Positions 33,372 to 48,300 are shown, counted from the stretch's first letter. The stretch is DNA of 64,000 nucleotides from Tubulanus polymorphus (GCF_964204645.1 NC_134028.1:15693653-15757652); one strand, 5' to 3'. Notes: generated by a model from the sequence alone, not told the origin. A program made the numbers and translations.

Positions 33372-36117
33372 ATTCAGAACTGAAAGTGCATTATTAAATC
33401 ATAAACAATTATGTGAAAATCATGATTATTGTTTTGAGATAGTTTTACCAAATGAAAAGGATAAAATATTAGAATTCAAAAAATATTATAACAAGAATAA
33501 AGTACCATTTGTAATATATGGTGACTTCGAGTCACTCAATAAAGAATTAACTGATCAAGATAGAAAAGAAATATATCATAAAAGAAAGAAATTAAATTCT
33601 AATGAAAATGATGTAATTGATTATTCAGATCCTCTTAAACAAATACTATTTAAAAGATTCATCAATCAGCTGCTGCTTTTGGATTATATATAAAATCCGA
33701 TTATCCAGAACTAATTGAAAGTGAATATTATAATTACAGAAATGAAAATGTTGTCAATCATTTTTGTGACTTATAAATCGAAAATGAAATAAAATTTAAT
33801 GAAAAGTTAAATGAAAATAAAGAAATAATTATGACAGAAGAAGATAAAGAAGAATTTGAGTTTGCTGATAAATGTTATTATTGTGAAAAGACATTTAATC
33901 TAAAAGATAAAAAAAGTAAGAGACCATGATCATTTGAATGGAAAGTTTAGAGGCGCAGCGCATGAGAATTGTAACTTACAAGATAAGAAAATTAACTTTG
34001 TTCCAGTAATATTTCATAATTTATCAGGGTATGATGCTCATTTATTCATCAAACAGCTATGTCATAAAATAGAAGAAATCAATAATGAAATAGAAAGATT
34101 AAATTCAAATAGATGAAAAGATAAAATACCAACTTATAAATTTAAAAAGTTAGCTAAAACATCTGAGAATTATATATCATTCCAATTTGGGTGTCTAAGA
34201 TTTATAGATTCATATAGATTTTTAAGTAGTTCATTAGATAACTTATCAAAATCAATAGTTGATGAAGAATTAAAGATATTAAAGCAACACTATCCAAATA
34301 ATGATGATTTTCAATTAATGAGATATAAAGGCGCAATTCCATATAGTTTTTATAAATCACATAATGATTTCAATATAACTGAATTATTAAAAGAACAATT
34401 TTATGATGAATTAAGATCTGAATATGTTAAAGATGAAGTATATAATAGATCATTGAATATTTGGAATCATTTTAAAATAACAAATCATGGACAATTAGTA
34501 GATTTATATTTAAAATCAAATGTATTATTATTAACAGATATATTCGAAAGGTTTAGAGATGTAAACCTAAAATATTTTAATATTGATCCTTGCCATTGTT
34601 ATTCATCACCAGGATTAACTTGGGATTGTGGTTTAAAATTTACAGATATAAAAATGGATTTGTTAACAAATATAGATCAATTATTATTATTTGAAAAATC
34701 TATAAGAGGAGGGGTTTCGGGTGTATTAAGGGATAGATATTTCAATGTAAATGATAACCCTGGATATAAGTTATTATATATAGATGCAAATAATTTGTAT
34801 GGTTGGGCAATGATGGAACCACAACCTTATGGAGTATTTGAATTAACTGAAGTTTTAACAGAATGAAAATAATGACAAATTTGATTGGAAGAAAAGAATT
34901 CTAGATTTTGCAGATGATTCAGTGACTGGTTACCTCTTTGTTGTAGATTTAGAATATCCTGAAGATAAAAAATTTAAATCAAGGAATCTAGCTTACTGCC
35001 CCGAGCATAAAACTGTTACGCATGAAGAATTATCAAATTATCAAAAAAGAATTAAACCCGAAAATCATATTCATACAGAAAAGTTAATGGTAACTCAGGA
35101 AGATAAATATAATTATCTAGTGCGTTATAGAATGTTGAAGTTTTATTTGAATCAATGAATGATTCTAAAAAAGTACATAGATATATTTCATTTAGTCAAT
35201 CTAAATGGTTAGAAAAATATATAGATTTTAACACCAAACAGAGAACTGAAGCTAAAACTGATTTCGAAAAAGATTTCTTCAAGTTAATGAATAATGCATT
35301 CTATGGAAAAACTTGTGAAAATATCAGAAATAGAAATGATATTGAGTTAGTTAGTAATGGTAAAAGAATTAGGCATTTACAAACATATCCTAAGTTCATA
35401 GGTAACAGAATATTTGATGAAAATTTAGCAGCAGTTAAAATGAGGAGAACATCTATGAAATTTAAAAACCCAATTTATGTTGGAGCTACAGTTTTAGAAA
35501 TATCAAAGTTATTAATGTATGAATTTTACTATAACGTATTACAACCTCATTTTGGAGAAAAGCATATAGAAATCTTATATTTTGATACTGACAGTTACAT
35601 ATTAAAGAGAAAAACTAATAACATAACAGATGATTTAAAAACATTAAAACATCATTTTGATTTTGGTAATTATCCTAAAGATCATGAATTGTTTAACAAT
35701 GATAATAAAAAGGTGCCTGGTAAATTCAAAGATGAATTAGGAAGTGAAGAAATGGTAGAATTCATTGGTATTAGATCCAAAATGTATTCATATAAAACTA
35801 AAACTCATGAATCAAAGAAATTGAAAGGAATTACCAAAAGCGTTGTTAAAAAGAATTTTCATTTCAAAGATTACATCAATTGTATATTCAAAGAAGAAGT
35901 TAGAAAACATAAGATGAAATGTTTAAGATCTGAAGATCATGAAATATTTATTGAAGAGATAGAGAAGATAAGTCTAAACCCATTTGATGATAAAAGATAT
36001 ATTTTAGATGATGGTATACACACAGTTGCTTATGGTTGTAATTTAGTTGAATACTTAAGATTTAAAAGAAAAGAAACAAAAGAGAAGGAAATAATGAACA
36101 GGATTATAACGTGTTAA
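33372..36117 (+). pseudogene. polB: pPolB of copy C (5'-truncated)
   Basis: VIYGDFES, YIDANNLYG, KLMNNAFYGK, YFDTDS, KKLKG. Confidence 0.9.
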
Positions 36118-36514
36118 TCAAATTTTGATTAAAATGTGTATTATAAATAGAGAGTAAACAAGCACACAGTGAGAACAACAAATCATTTCTAGATAGAATA
36201 AAAGATATCACAAATGTAAAATCAGTAGATTATAAATTTAAAAAGTTAACAGAATTAACAATTCATAAGAAATATCTAATTACAAATATTGATACAGTTA
36301 CTAATAGATATGGTAGTAAATTAGTTATCCACTTAGAATATGAAGGATTAAAAGGAAATACATATAAATTCAGAACATATTTACCGGATAGATTACATAG
36401 ATTATCAAGTGAAGATTTAGAAGAATTATGTTCAGGTGATTTCTATTTCATATACACAGGTAAGAATGAAAAAGGGCACCATGAAATAGATTTTGAATAA
36501 AATATGTAAAATAA

Positions 36515-37275
36515 ATGGTAGAATTAAAAGAATATAGAATATTTGTTGATTCAAGAAGACTTACTAATTATAAATCACATAATTAACTAGTACAATTAGA
36601 TAGAGAATTTAAGAATTGTGTAGATTTAAAATTAGTTAATATAAGTTTATGTAACTCATTTTAAAAATATATCGAATAAATCTGTTGAACATAGAGCCTT
36701 TTTAATTTTTGATAAAAATAAAAATGAATGGGCCTGTATGTATTAAAAACCAGGGTTATATAATTTAGATACATTGGCACAAGAAATTAATAGAAAAGCC
36801 TGGCACAAGTCAGGTAATAATTCCGGGTTTAATATTAGATTTTTAAAAAGTGAGAGTTCTAACAAAATAAAGATAAGGTTGGCTGATATTGAAAAACATA
36901 GCTTTATGGTAAAAAAACCTATAGCTAAACTGTTAGGAATTTCTCCAGATAAATCTTTTACAAATATTGAAGCTACGCCAAACTTAATACCTTTTACACA
37001 CTTTTATATTTATTGCAATTTAATCGATCCTACAAAAACATTCGAAGCATCTAAAGATATTACTTGTAATTCTGGTTTATTAAACATTTTACCATTGAAG
37101 AATGTTAAAGAATTTGGAACGCAAATAAATTATAATTTAACAGAATGTGATTTCAAAACCATGCATTCCTCAATATAATAATTTTAGATTAGAAATTAGA
37201 AATCATAATGGATATTTAATTGATTTGAATAACTTTCCTGTGATATATGAATTAGTTATAAGATGTAGAGAGTAA
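36515..37275 (+). pseudogene. Putative minor capsid protein, copy C
   Basis: Homologous to 25774-26531. Confidence 0.7.
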
Positions 37276-37635
37276 TTTTTTCACTATATAAATGAATATA
37301 ACTGTTGGGCCGAGTATATGTTTTGGATTTGATTTTAAACATGGTAAAGAAATGAGAATTAATCTAAATGATGTAATTACTGATATTAAACGTAAATCAT
37401 TTAATAATGCATCGAAAAATAATGCAAAGAAAATTATAATATAGAAAAAGTAATTGATTTAATTAAAACGCCTTTAGAATATTATGAATTAAATCAAGAT
37501 TGAATTTTCGGTGATATTAAAGATATATTATCAAAAATATATGCTAATCATAAAAGTAGTAATGAAATAAATGTTGAAATAATCATAAATAAGATAACTG
37601 AATATTTTGAAGATAGTAATTTTTTTGATAAATAA

Positions 37636-37857
37636 ATGAGTGATAATAAGTTGATAATAACTGGATTATATAATGGTGCCTTACTATCAGTTGGAACTGT
37701 TGGTTATTCAATGGTATTAAAAAAAGTATTTAAAATGGGAAGTGTTAATGTTGATAGATTTGATATAAATGACATCTTAAAATTAACGTTAGCAGTTACT
37801 TTATCTAATTTAACTATTGATTATTTAGAAAAACAAAAATATATTCCTCCTATATAA
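37636..37857 (+). CDS. 73-aa hydrophobic protein, copy C
   Basis: Homologous to 25183-25401. Confidence 0.65.
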   Translation: MSDNKLIITGLYNGALLSVGTVGYSMVLKKVFKMGSVNVDRFDINDILKLTLAVTLSNLTIDYLEKQKYIPPI

Positions 37858-37884
37858 GAAGTGCATAATTTTTTTGCTAAATAA

Positions 37885-38307
37885 ATGGCTTCCACAATTA
37901 TAACTATTATAGGATCGGCAATTGTTAACGCTTTAGCATTTACTGGTGGTGGTTATTTATTTAAGCATATTAATAAAAATAGTTCATTAGCAGAACAAAG
38001 AAGACATAACTTAGCATTAGAGAAATACAATAAAGCAGCAGAAGAATATAGAGAAAAGAGACAAAACTATATGGATTACATCAATAAAGAATTATATGAT
38101 CAGAAAATTTCACATAGAGATTTTCAATCAGTCGATGATGCAATGAGTTTATATATCGCAGTAACCAATAAAGAAAAATTACATCCATACAAACCTAAAT
38201 TATCAGATTATTATACCCCAAGTAAAGAACAACAGAAATATGAAATAATATGGATTTTAGGTGGAACAGTTATTGTTATATTTGTAGCATATAAATATAC
38301 TAATTAG
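37885..38307 (+). CDS. 140-aa protein with hydrophobic N- and C-termini, copy C
   Basis: Intact ORF; IIWILGGTVIVIFVAY tail. Confidence 0.7.
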   Translation: MASTIITIIGSAIVNALAFTGGGYLFKHINKNSSLAEQRRHNLALEKYNKAAEEYREKRQNYMDYINKELYDQKISHRDFQSVDDAMSLYIAVTNKEKLHPYKPKLSDYYTPSKEQQKYEIIWILGGTVIVIFVAYKYTN

Positions 38308-38778
38308 TAATTTCTTTTCTAAATAAATGGAGGATGAAGTTCATAATATTGATATTATTCCTCATGATATAAATAAAACTAAATTAAAAACATATTTAGA
38401 AAAACAAATATTAGAATTTGAAAATGACTTTAAAGATAAAAAAGAAAAAATATTTAAAACGTAAAATTAAATATTATTTTATTATCAGTGGTTCAGTTAC
38501 AATTAGTTCTGTAATAACATTTCTAGCAATATTCAGTCCATTAACACCTTTAGCTATATCAATTGGCGTGCTAGGATTATCATCAAGTGTTTTAACTGGT
38601 AAAAAGTTCAAAATTAAATATAAAAAGTAATAAAGAAAAAATTAAAACTAATACAAAAGAAATTAATAGATTAACAAATACACTAGATTATATAATGAGT
38701 TCAAAGGTAACATAACAGTTGAAGATCAAGATAAATTATTAAAAGAATTAATAAATTATTAATTTTTCAATTATATAA

Positions 38779-39676
38779 ATGGGGTTTCCAAAAGCTTTCC
38801 AATATAATAAATCAATTAAATATAATATTCCTGCAATAGATTTTAATAAAGATATTTCATATAGAAATGAAGTTTTAGATTCATTAATTAATTTAAATAT
38901 TTATGTTACTGAAACTAATAATCTTAATGTTAAAATGGAAAATATATTTCATGTTTATACAATTAATTTTAAAAATCTAAATCAGGCAAAACAATGGTTA
39001 TTAAAATCTAATATGAAATATTGGCAGAACCAATTAAATTTTGCTGTTTATTGTGCAACAACAGGGTGCGGTATAAGTTGGAATGATCATTTAAATAAAC
39101 CAAGTTTACCGTTGCTATTATCACTTTTTTAGATTTCATACATATTTTCAAACAAAATTAATTTTAAATGAATTAGAATGTCCTTTACCAGGTTCAAAAT
39201 ATTTTAATGAACTAAATAATAATATTAATTTTTCGAAGTTTTATAAAATATGTAATGAATTTAATATTAATTCAAATAAAGATTTTAGAGCAAAAATTGG
39301 AACAATGGGTGGATTAGGAATATTATATACTAAAGAATTTGGTAAAATAATAGCAAATTCAGATATAAGAACACTAAATTGGAATGAATTACCAAAATAT
39401 TATAATGATATACAACAACAAAATAATAATGGTTGGATTAATTTCATTTTAGAAAATAGTGAAGGTTTTACAAAATCAGGCATACAAAGAATAAATCATT
39501 CAATTAGAACTTATTTGATATGCATTTTAAGTGCGCAAGTTGAAACAAGATCACCAATAGTTGGAAATGATAACACTTCATTTGATGCGCAGAAACAATT
39601 CAAAGTATTATTTGAAGATTCCATTCATAATGATAAAAATAGATCGATTCCAGAAAATATAGTTTTATATGTTTAA
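38779..39676 (+). pseudogene. Homologue of 23125-24471, 3' part deleted
   Basis: WQNQLNFAVYCATTGCGIS; FDAQKQFKVLFED. Confidence 0.7.
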
Positions 39677-39679
39677 ATA

Positions 39680-41245
39680 ATGATGATGATGATTATGATG
39701 GAATTAATGCCGAAGTACGTGAAAAATTAAATGAATATTTAGAAGCTCCTAAAATTGGTAGAATTACAACTATAACAGAAAGAAAAGAATTAATGAATCT
39801 ATTAGAAAAACAACAAGAAGAATATCCTGATAAACCGATGAAATTATATGGAATTAAATCTAGAGTAACAGATTGTTAACGAATTATTACCAAAAAATGT
39901 AATAGATAAAGTTGATTCAGAAGAAATTGTAATGCAAATTTTAAAAGATGATCCACATTTCATGAATAATTTAGAATTTAAAAAGGATGCATGGTATTAT
40001 TATCTTGAATTAAATAGGAAAACTGTAACAATTCAATTATCTAGAATGGGACAAGAAAATATGTATGAACCTGGAATGCGAGCAAGATCTACAATTGAAC
40101 GTTCAAAAGATGGTTTAGAATTTAGCAGAATTATATGGAATGCACTCGATAGAATAAATGAAGAAGAACCAATTCCTAATATTGATATTAACAAATATTC
40201 ACCATTTAAAAATCCAAATTTAAATCCTACTTATGTTGATCCAGAAATGGAAGAGTATGGAGATCGATTAGATAAATTAAGAACTTCCAACACCAGAAAC
40301 ATCGAGAAGAGATATTCAACAAATTGATAATGTTTCAAGTCAATTACAATTAGTATTGGAAAAACAAATTGATAGATTAAGTGATACAGAAGAACTAATG
40401 AATAGTATGTCAGATACATCTGGTGCTGAAACTGGAATAAATCGAATGCAATCCTTACTAGAAAAAGGATTACTTGATTTAACTGATGATGAATTAGAAG
40501 CATTTCCTGAACAAGCACGTAGAGAAATTAAAGGTATGCAAGAATCGGCAGGTGAAATTGCTAATATTAAGATGAGATTTTCTAAAATAACCATGTTAGA
40601 AAAAGAATTAACTAATGCAAATAAAGAATTAAAACAATAAGAATTAAATAGAGATCGTCAAGTAATCGATGAAGTTGATTATGAATGCAGAAAGTTAGCT
40701 TTAGAAAAAGAAATAGATGATTTGAAATATAACAAAGAATTTCAGGAAAAAGAAAGAGATATATTATTAAAATCATATGATCTTAATCATATTAAAAAAA
40801 TAAAAGTTATTTTTAAAGATTTAATAATAAAACCAGATTCTAAAATATCATTGAAAGACAGAATAAAATTATTATTTAAGTTAGAAGGTATAACAATTCT
40901 TTCAATTCTAACAGCTGTAACTATGGTATTCACAACAATAGGTTTAGCTATATCAAATGCTTTAAAATCTACACCAAGTCCGAATAAACCAGATAAACCC
41001 CCAAATAATAATAATTCTATACAGGATAAAGTTAAAGATGGTTTAAAGAAATTACCAAAATATCTATGGGAACTATCTAAAAAATCTGCTGCAGCTTAAC
41101 CTGGAGTTATTGCATCAATTGTTGGTTTTATATTGAAATCTGCTGGGAATATTCTTAACTTTGCTGCTGAACATATAATCTTTTTTTTTAATTACAGTTG
41201 TAAGCGCTATTATTTTTGGGTTAGTGAATATGATAAAAAATAGAT
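39680..41245 (+). pseudogene. Homologue of 21682-23147 with a divergent N-terminal region
   Basis: C-terminal SLKDRIKLLFKLEGITILS shared; upstream ~1 kb poorly alignable to B. Confidence 0.6.
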
Positions 41246-41266
41246 AATTATTTTTTTGTTAAATAA

Positions 41267-42512
41267 ATGAGTAGGAGTTATATAAATCCTTCCAAGAATC
41301 CTAGAATATCTAATGCTATTAAAGCAGAAAGATCTCATCATATAATTACTCATAACCCTTCTAATATCCTGATGAAACTTTATATGTTAGAATCCCTAGA
41401 TTAACACAAAATACTTTTTATGTTCCAAATAGTGTTTATTTATCAGCTGATATAAATGTAACTGGTAATAATAATAATTATGTTGTTGATAATGTTGGAA
41501 GATATTTGATTAAAAAATTAACTATAAAGATTGGCCCAGAAACAGTTTTCTCATTAGATGATTATAATTTATTTATGCATTATAAAGATTTATGGTTAAC
41601 TAAAGAAAATAGAAATAATATGATATTTCAAGGCATCCAATCAGAAAACCAAAATAAATTGAGATCAGGAGCTAATGACGCAATAGTAACTCGTACCGCA
41701 GATAATTTGATCAAAAAGATTTATGGAAGCAAACATAAAATTCCATTAGACTTTTGAATTGATAAATAATAATGCACCTTTATATAAATACGCAATTCGA
41801 GACGATTTTATATTCGAAATAACATTTGCTCCTGTTAATGAAATTGTATTATCTAGCGTTGTTAAAGATATGGGTTATAAATTATCGAATATATGTTTAG
41901 AATATGATACAGTAACTGATGAAAATATTTTCAAGTATAATTCAAACTCAATACAATCATGGATTTTCATTATTATATGATTTTATTGATAAATTTAAAA
42001 CTGTAACTATATATGCAAGTGATGAAATAATTAATGAGAATATCAACTTCCCAAAAAGATCTATTAAAGGTATATTAATATTTTTTACCATTGCAACATA
42101 TTCTAATGGCGCAATACAGGTCGATAAGAATTATAATCCTAAAATAACAAAAGTAGAAATAACTATCGAAGGAATAGCAAATAAAATAATTTGTCAAGGA
42201 ATGAGAATGATAGATCAATGGCCAGAAATTAGAAAACATTTTATGAATGAAAAAGTAAAATAATCTGAAAATTGTAATATTAATCAAATTGATTATTATA
42301 CCGGTAATAAATATGCATTATGGTTAGATTTTAGAACAACAGAGGATAATTCATTACATGGTTCTTGAAAAAAATTACAGAACACTAAAGATGGAATACA
42401 ATTATTCATGACAAAGAATGAAGGAATTAAAAATTTTAAAATGCACATTTATATTATATCTGACGCGCAATTAAATATTGTAAATTCTCAATTAAATAGT
42501 GTTATGTATTAG
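41267..42512 (+). pseudogene. Putative major capsid protein, copy C
   Basis: Homologous to 20416-21661. Confidence 0.7.
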
Positions 42513-43214
42513 AATTTTAATTTTAATGAAAAAATTTATAATAAATGGAAGGAGGAATATATGAAATACAAAGTCCAAGTGAAATAATACCAGATATATA
42601 TTATATTATACCTTATGATGAATACAGTAAGTATTTTGGAGAATACTTTAATCAATTCAAATATAGAATAAGTAAAATAGATAATAATATTGAGAAAAAA
42701 AAATAGAAGATAATATTGAACCTAAAATAGAAGATAATATTGAATCTAAAATAGAAGATAATATTGATTCTACATCTAATAATAATGAAAATATAGATAT
42801 TATACCTTCTACATCTAATAATGATATAAAAGTTAAATCTGATATCGAAACGAAAAAGACAAATGAAAAATATTGTGACTTATGTAAGAAATATATATCA
42901 TATACAAATTGGGCATCACATAAGAAATCATAGAAACATGTAGAAAAAAAAAGAATAATAATGATAATAATGTATCAGATAGTAATATAGTAGATAATTT
43001 AATAAATAATGTTAATGCAATTGAAACTAATGATACCATAGATAATATAACAGATAATGATTTCATTGATAATTTAAAAGATAATGTTAATAAAATTGAA
43101 ACTAATTATCAGGTGCATATAGAAAATGAAAGGAAATTAGAAGAAATAGAAAGAAAATATAGCTGCAAAGCAGCGATAACGGGTTTTCTGCACAGTCTTA
43201 GAATCCTGTTCAAC

Positions 43215-43432
43215 GGTGGATTTCGACGAAGCATTTGATAAGGCACAACATCAGCCATTACTAAACAGGCTATTTGGAAACAGTATCAATGATAGGTCGC
43301 CAAAATGGCTCAGCAGTTATCTCTGAACGAAAACTTGTAGCCGAAATCAACGGAACGCCTCATCTTGGAATAAGTCGGTCAAACTAGTGGAGTCACGCAA
43401 GGTAGTATCCTAAGTTGTCTTCTGTTTAATGA
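43215..43432 (+). pseudogene. LINE reverse transcriptase fragment
   Basis: VDFDEAFDKAQHQPLLNRL ... SGVTQGSILSCLLFN. Confidence 0.65.
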
Positions 43433-43489
43433 CAAATGACATACACAGTAATCCAACATATACCAGACCGAGTAAATTTCCAAATCGAC

Positions 43490-44035
43490 CTTCACACGCT
43501 GTTCGACCAAAAAACTTAATGTTCCAACAAGAAAATCTTGTTCCAATAGAAATAATTCTGTTTGATCGAACAATACGCTTTTTGCTTGAACCAAAAATTT
43601 TCTTCATTCTGACAAAAAATGTGTTCGAATAAAAAGCTATGTTATTGTTGAAATGAAAAATTTTAAGTCCCGGCAAAAAAATTTGGTCGAGCGAAAACAA
43701 TTTTTTCGAACGAATGTTTGAATGAAAACAATTCTGTTCGATTGAACGAAATACTTCATACTTTCGGTTCGGAGAAAAAACTTTTTTCAATATACTTGTT
43801 CGAACGAAAAACTTAATGTTCTGACAAGAAAATTCTGTTCAAATTAAAAAAGACTGTTCAATTGAACGATTGTTCGAACGAAAAACCTTTCGTTTGGACA
43901 AAAAAAAGTTTGTTCAACTTTGTTCTTACGATTTTTTCAAATTGGTTCAATCGTATAGAATATTATTGGTTCGAACGAAATAAATTTTGTTCCGACGAAA
44001 GAATTTTCAAGCGAAAGGTCTTTTGAACGAAAAAA
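43490..44035. repeat. Degenerate repeat region built on TTGTTCGAACGAAAA motifs
   Basis: Many imperfect GTTCGAAC/TTGAACGA units. Confidence 0.5.
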
Positions 44036-44261
44036 AAGATATATCTGGTGCTCCGCAGTAACTTAAAGCCGGATGTAGGTTGGTCTTGTGACACGATGCG
44101 ATCCTCGCGTTGCATCGCAAGTTTCAGTGCAAGTCGGTTGCAATACGATTGTGTGCGACTAGTTTCTGCCAGTCGCAAGAGCGCGTCGGTTGGTTGTGAC
44201 AGTCGTGTCACGTCGCAGAAAGTAGAACACGTACGACTCCAAGTGACTGGCGTTGCTGAAA

Positions 44262-45289
44262 GATGAGGACGCCAGTGGTATGACGACTGAGTTTCAATTC
44301 GTCAAAACGTCACGATGTGTCAACATATTTATGTTGACTTGATGCGATATATCGCGATATATCGACATAAATATGGCGACTTGTCGTGTTTGAACGCGAC
44401 AACTCGAGGCCCTTTATCGCTTCCGTAGATCTTTCATTAAGTAGGATCACTTGAATGATCGCTTTAATACGGAAGCGATAAAGGGCCTCGAGATGTCGCG
44501 TTCAAAATCGGCAAGTCGCCATATTTATGTAGATATATCGCGATATATCGCATCAAGTCGTCATGAATATGTCGACATATCGTGACGTTTTCACGACAAA
44601 TTTCGCTTTTTTGCCCATTTTCCACGAGACAAGCCGTCATGTCGACTTGTCGCGAGGAAAATGGTCGAGAAAACGAAATATGTTGTCAAAACGTCACGAT
44701 ATAGCGACATATTCAAGTCGACTTGACGCGATATATCGCGGTATGTCGACATAAATATGACGACTTGTTGAGTTTGAACGCGACCACTCCAGGCCCCTTA
44801 TCGCTTCCGTACTTTAATATCACTTTTTAAAAAAAGAATCTGCCAAAATGACCTTAATATTCGACACTATATGTATAGAAGCGACAAGGGGCCTCGAGAT
44901 GTCGCGTTCCAACTCGACAAGTCGCCATATTTATGTCGACATACCGCGATATATCGCGTCAAGTCGACATGAATATGTCGATATATCGTGACGTTTTGAC
45001 GACATATTTCGTTTTCTCGACCATTTTCCTCGCGACAAGTCGACATATTCATGACGACTTGAAACTCAGTCGTCATATTACTAGCGTCCTCATCTTACAT
45101 TTAGACATGTCTTCAAATGACGGCTTGTCCCGTGGAAAATGAGCAAAAAAGCGAAATTTGTTGTGAAAACGTCACGATATGTAGACATATTCATGTGGAC
45201 TTGACGCGATATATCGCGATATATCGACATAAATATGGCGACTTGTCGAGTTTGTACCCGACAACTCGAGGCCCTTTATCGCTTCCGTA
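44262..45289. mobile_element. Three adjacent copies of a TA-flanked MITE (partial 44262-44427; 44468-44811; 44874-45289)
   Basis: TA-CGGAAGCGATAAAGGGCCTCGAG ... CTCGAGGCCCTTTATCGCTTCCG-TA long TIRs. Confidence 0.75.
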
Positions 45290-45379
45290 CTATATCAGAT
45301 TAATCGACTTCAAAATAGGCGAAAGCATAAGTCTTTATGACGTTATCAATTGGCCTAATTATTCAAAAGCTAATAAAGT

Positions 45380-48300
45380 GGGCGACAAAACCATAAAATT
45401 GTCGCGGGCGATAAAACCAAAATAATCATTTGTCGCTGGCGATAAAACCAAAATATTGAATTGTCACGGGCGACAAAACCAAAAAAATGAATTGTCGCGG
45501 GCGATAAAACCAAAATCTTGAATTGTCGCCGGCGACAAAACCAAAATATTGAATTGTCGCGGGCGACAAAACCAAACTAATGAATTGTCGCGGGCGATAA
45601 AACCAAATAATGAATTGTCGCTGGCGATAAAACCAAAATATTGAATTGTCGCAGGCGATAAAGCCAAAATATTGAATTGTCGCGTGAGACAAAACCAAAA
45701 TATTGAATTGTCGCGGGCGACAAAACCAAACTAATGAATTGTCGCGGGCGATAAAACCAAAATAATGAATTGTCGCGGGCGATAAAACCAAAAAAATGAA
45801 TTTTCGCGGGCGATAAAACCAGAATAATGAATTGTCGCGGGCGATAAAACCAAAATAATGAATTGTCGCTGGTGACAAAAAAAAAATTGTCGCGGGCGAT
45901 TAAACCAAAAAAATGAATTGTCGCGTGCAACAAAACCAAAATAATGAATTGTCGCGGGCGATAAAACCAAATAAAGAATTGTCGCGGGCGATAAAACCAA
46001 AATAATGAATTGTCGCGGGCGACAAAACCAAAATATTGAATTGTCGCAGGCGATAAAACCGCGACAAAAAAAAATTGTCGCGGGCGATAAAACCAAAATA
46101 AAGAATTGTCGCGGGCGATAAAACCAAAATAATGAATTGTCACGGGCGACAAAACCAAAATATTGAATTGTCGCAGGCGATAAAACCGCGACAAAAAAAA
46201 ATTGTTGCGGGCGATAAAACCAAAATAACGAATTGTCGCGGGCGATAAAACCAAAATAATAAATTGTCGCGGGCGATAAAACCAAAATAATGAATTGTCG
46301 CTGGTGATAAAACCAAAATATTGAATTGTCGCAGGCGATAAAACCAAAATAATAAATTGTCGCGGGCGATAAAACCAAAATAATAAATTGTCGCGGGCGA
46401 TAAAACCAAAATAATGAATTGTCGCTTGTGATAAAACCAAAATATTGAATTGTCGCAGGCGATAAAACCAAAATATTGAAGTGTCACAGGCGATAAAACC
46501 AAAATATTGAAGTGTCGCAGGCGATAAAACCAAAATAATAAATTGTCGCGGGCGATAAAACCAAAATAATGAATTGTCGCGGGCGATAAAACCAAAATAA
46601 TGAATTGTCGCGGGCGACAAAACCAAAATATTGTTTTGTCGCGGGTGACAAAACCAAATTAATGAATTGTCGCGGGCGACAAAACCAAAAAATTGAATTG
46701 TCGCAGGCGATAAAACCGCGACAAAAAAAAATTGTCGCGGGCGATAAAACCAAAATAATGAATTTTCGCGGGCGACAAAACCAAAATATTGAATTGTCAC
46801 AGGCGATAAAACCGCGACAAAAAAAAATTGTCGCGAGCGATAAAACCAAAATAATGAATTTTCGCGGGCGATAAAACCAGAATAATGAATTGTTGCGGGC
46901 GATAAAACCAAAATAATGAATTTTCGCTAGTGATAAAACCAAATTAATGAATTGTCGCGGGCGACAAAACCAAAAAATTGAATTGTCGCAGGCGATAAAA
47001 CCGCGACAAAAAAAAATTGTCGCGGGCGATAAAACCAAAATAATGAATTTTCGCGGGCGACAAAACCAAAATATTGAATTGTCGCAGGCGATAAAACCGC
47101 GACAAAAAAAAATTGTCGCGGGCGATAAAACCAAAATAATGAATTTTCGCGGGCGATAAAACCAGAATAATGAATTGTTGCGGGCGATAAAACCAAAATA
47201 ATGAATTGTCGCTAGTGATAAAACCAAAATAATGAATTGTCGCGGGCGATAAAACCAAAAAAATGAATTTTCGCGGGCGATAAAACCAGAATAATGAATT
47301 GTCGCGGGCGATAAAACCAAAATAATGAATTGTCGCTGGTGATAAAACCAAAATATTGAATTGTCGCAGGCGATAAAACCGCGACAAAAAAAAAATTGTC
47401 GCGGGCGATTAAACCAAAAAAATGAATTGTCGCGTGCGACAAAACCAAAATAATGAATTGTCGCGGGCGATAAAACCAAAATAAAGAATTGTCGCGGGCG
47501 ATAAAACCAAAATAATGAATTGTCGCGGGCGACAAAACCAAAATATTGAATTGTCGCAGGCGATAAAACCGCGACAAAAAAAAATTGTTGCGGGCGATAA
47601 AACCAAAATAATGAATTTTCGCGGGCGACAAAACCAAAATATTGAATTGTCGCAGGCGATAAAACCGCGACAAAAAGAAATTGTCGCGGGCGATAAAACC
47701 AAAATAATGAATTTTCGCGGGCGATAAAACCAGAATAATGAATTGTTGCGGGCGATAAAACCAAAATAATGAATTGTCGCTAGTGATAAAACCAAAATAA
47801 TGAATTGTCGCGGGCGATAAAACCAAAAAAATGAATTTTCGCGGGCGATAAAACCTGAATAATGAATTGTCGCGGGCGATAAAACCAAAATAATGAATTG
47901 TCGCTGGTGATAAAACCAAAATATTGAATTGTCGCAGGCGATAAAACCGCGACAAAAAAAAAATTGTCGCGGGCGATTAAACCAAAAAAATGAATTGTCG
48001 CGTGCGACAAAACCAAAATAATGAATTGTCGCGGGCGATAAAACCAAAATAAAGAATTGTCGCGGGCGATAAAACCAAAATAATGAATTGTCGCGGGCGA
48101 CAAAACCAAAATATTGAATTGTCGCAGGCAATAAAACCGCGACAAAAAAAAATTGTTGCGGGCGATAAAACCAAAATAAAGAATTGTCGCGGGCGATAAA
48201 ACCAAAATAATGAATTGTCACGGGCGACAAAACCAAAATATTGAATTGTCGCAGGCGATAAAACCGCGACAAAAAAAAATTGTTGCGGGCGATAAAACCA

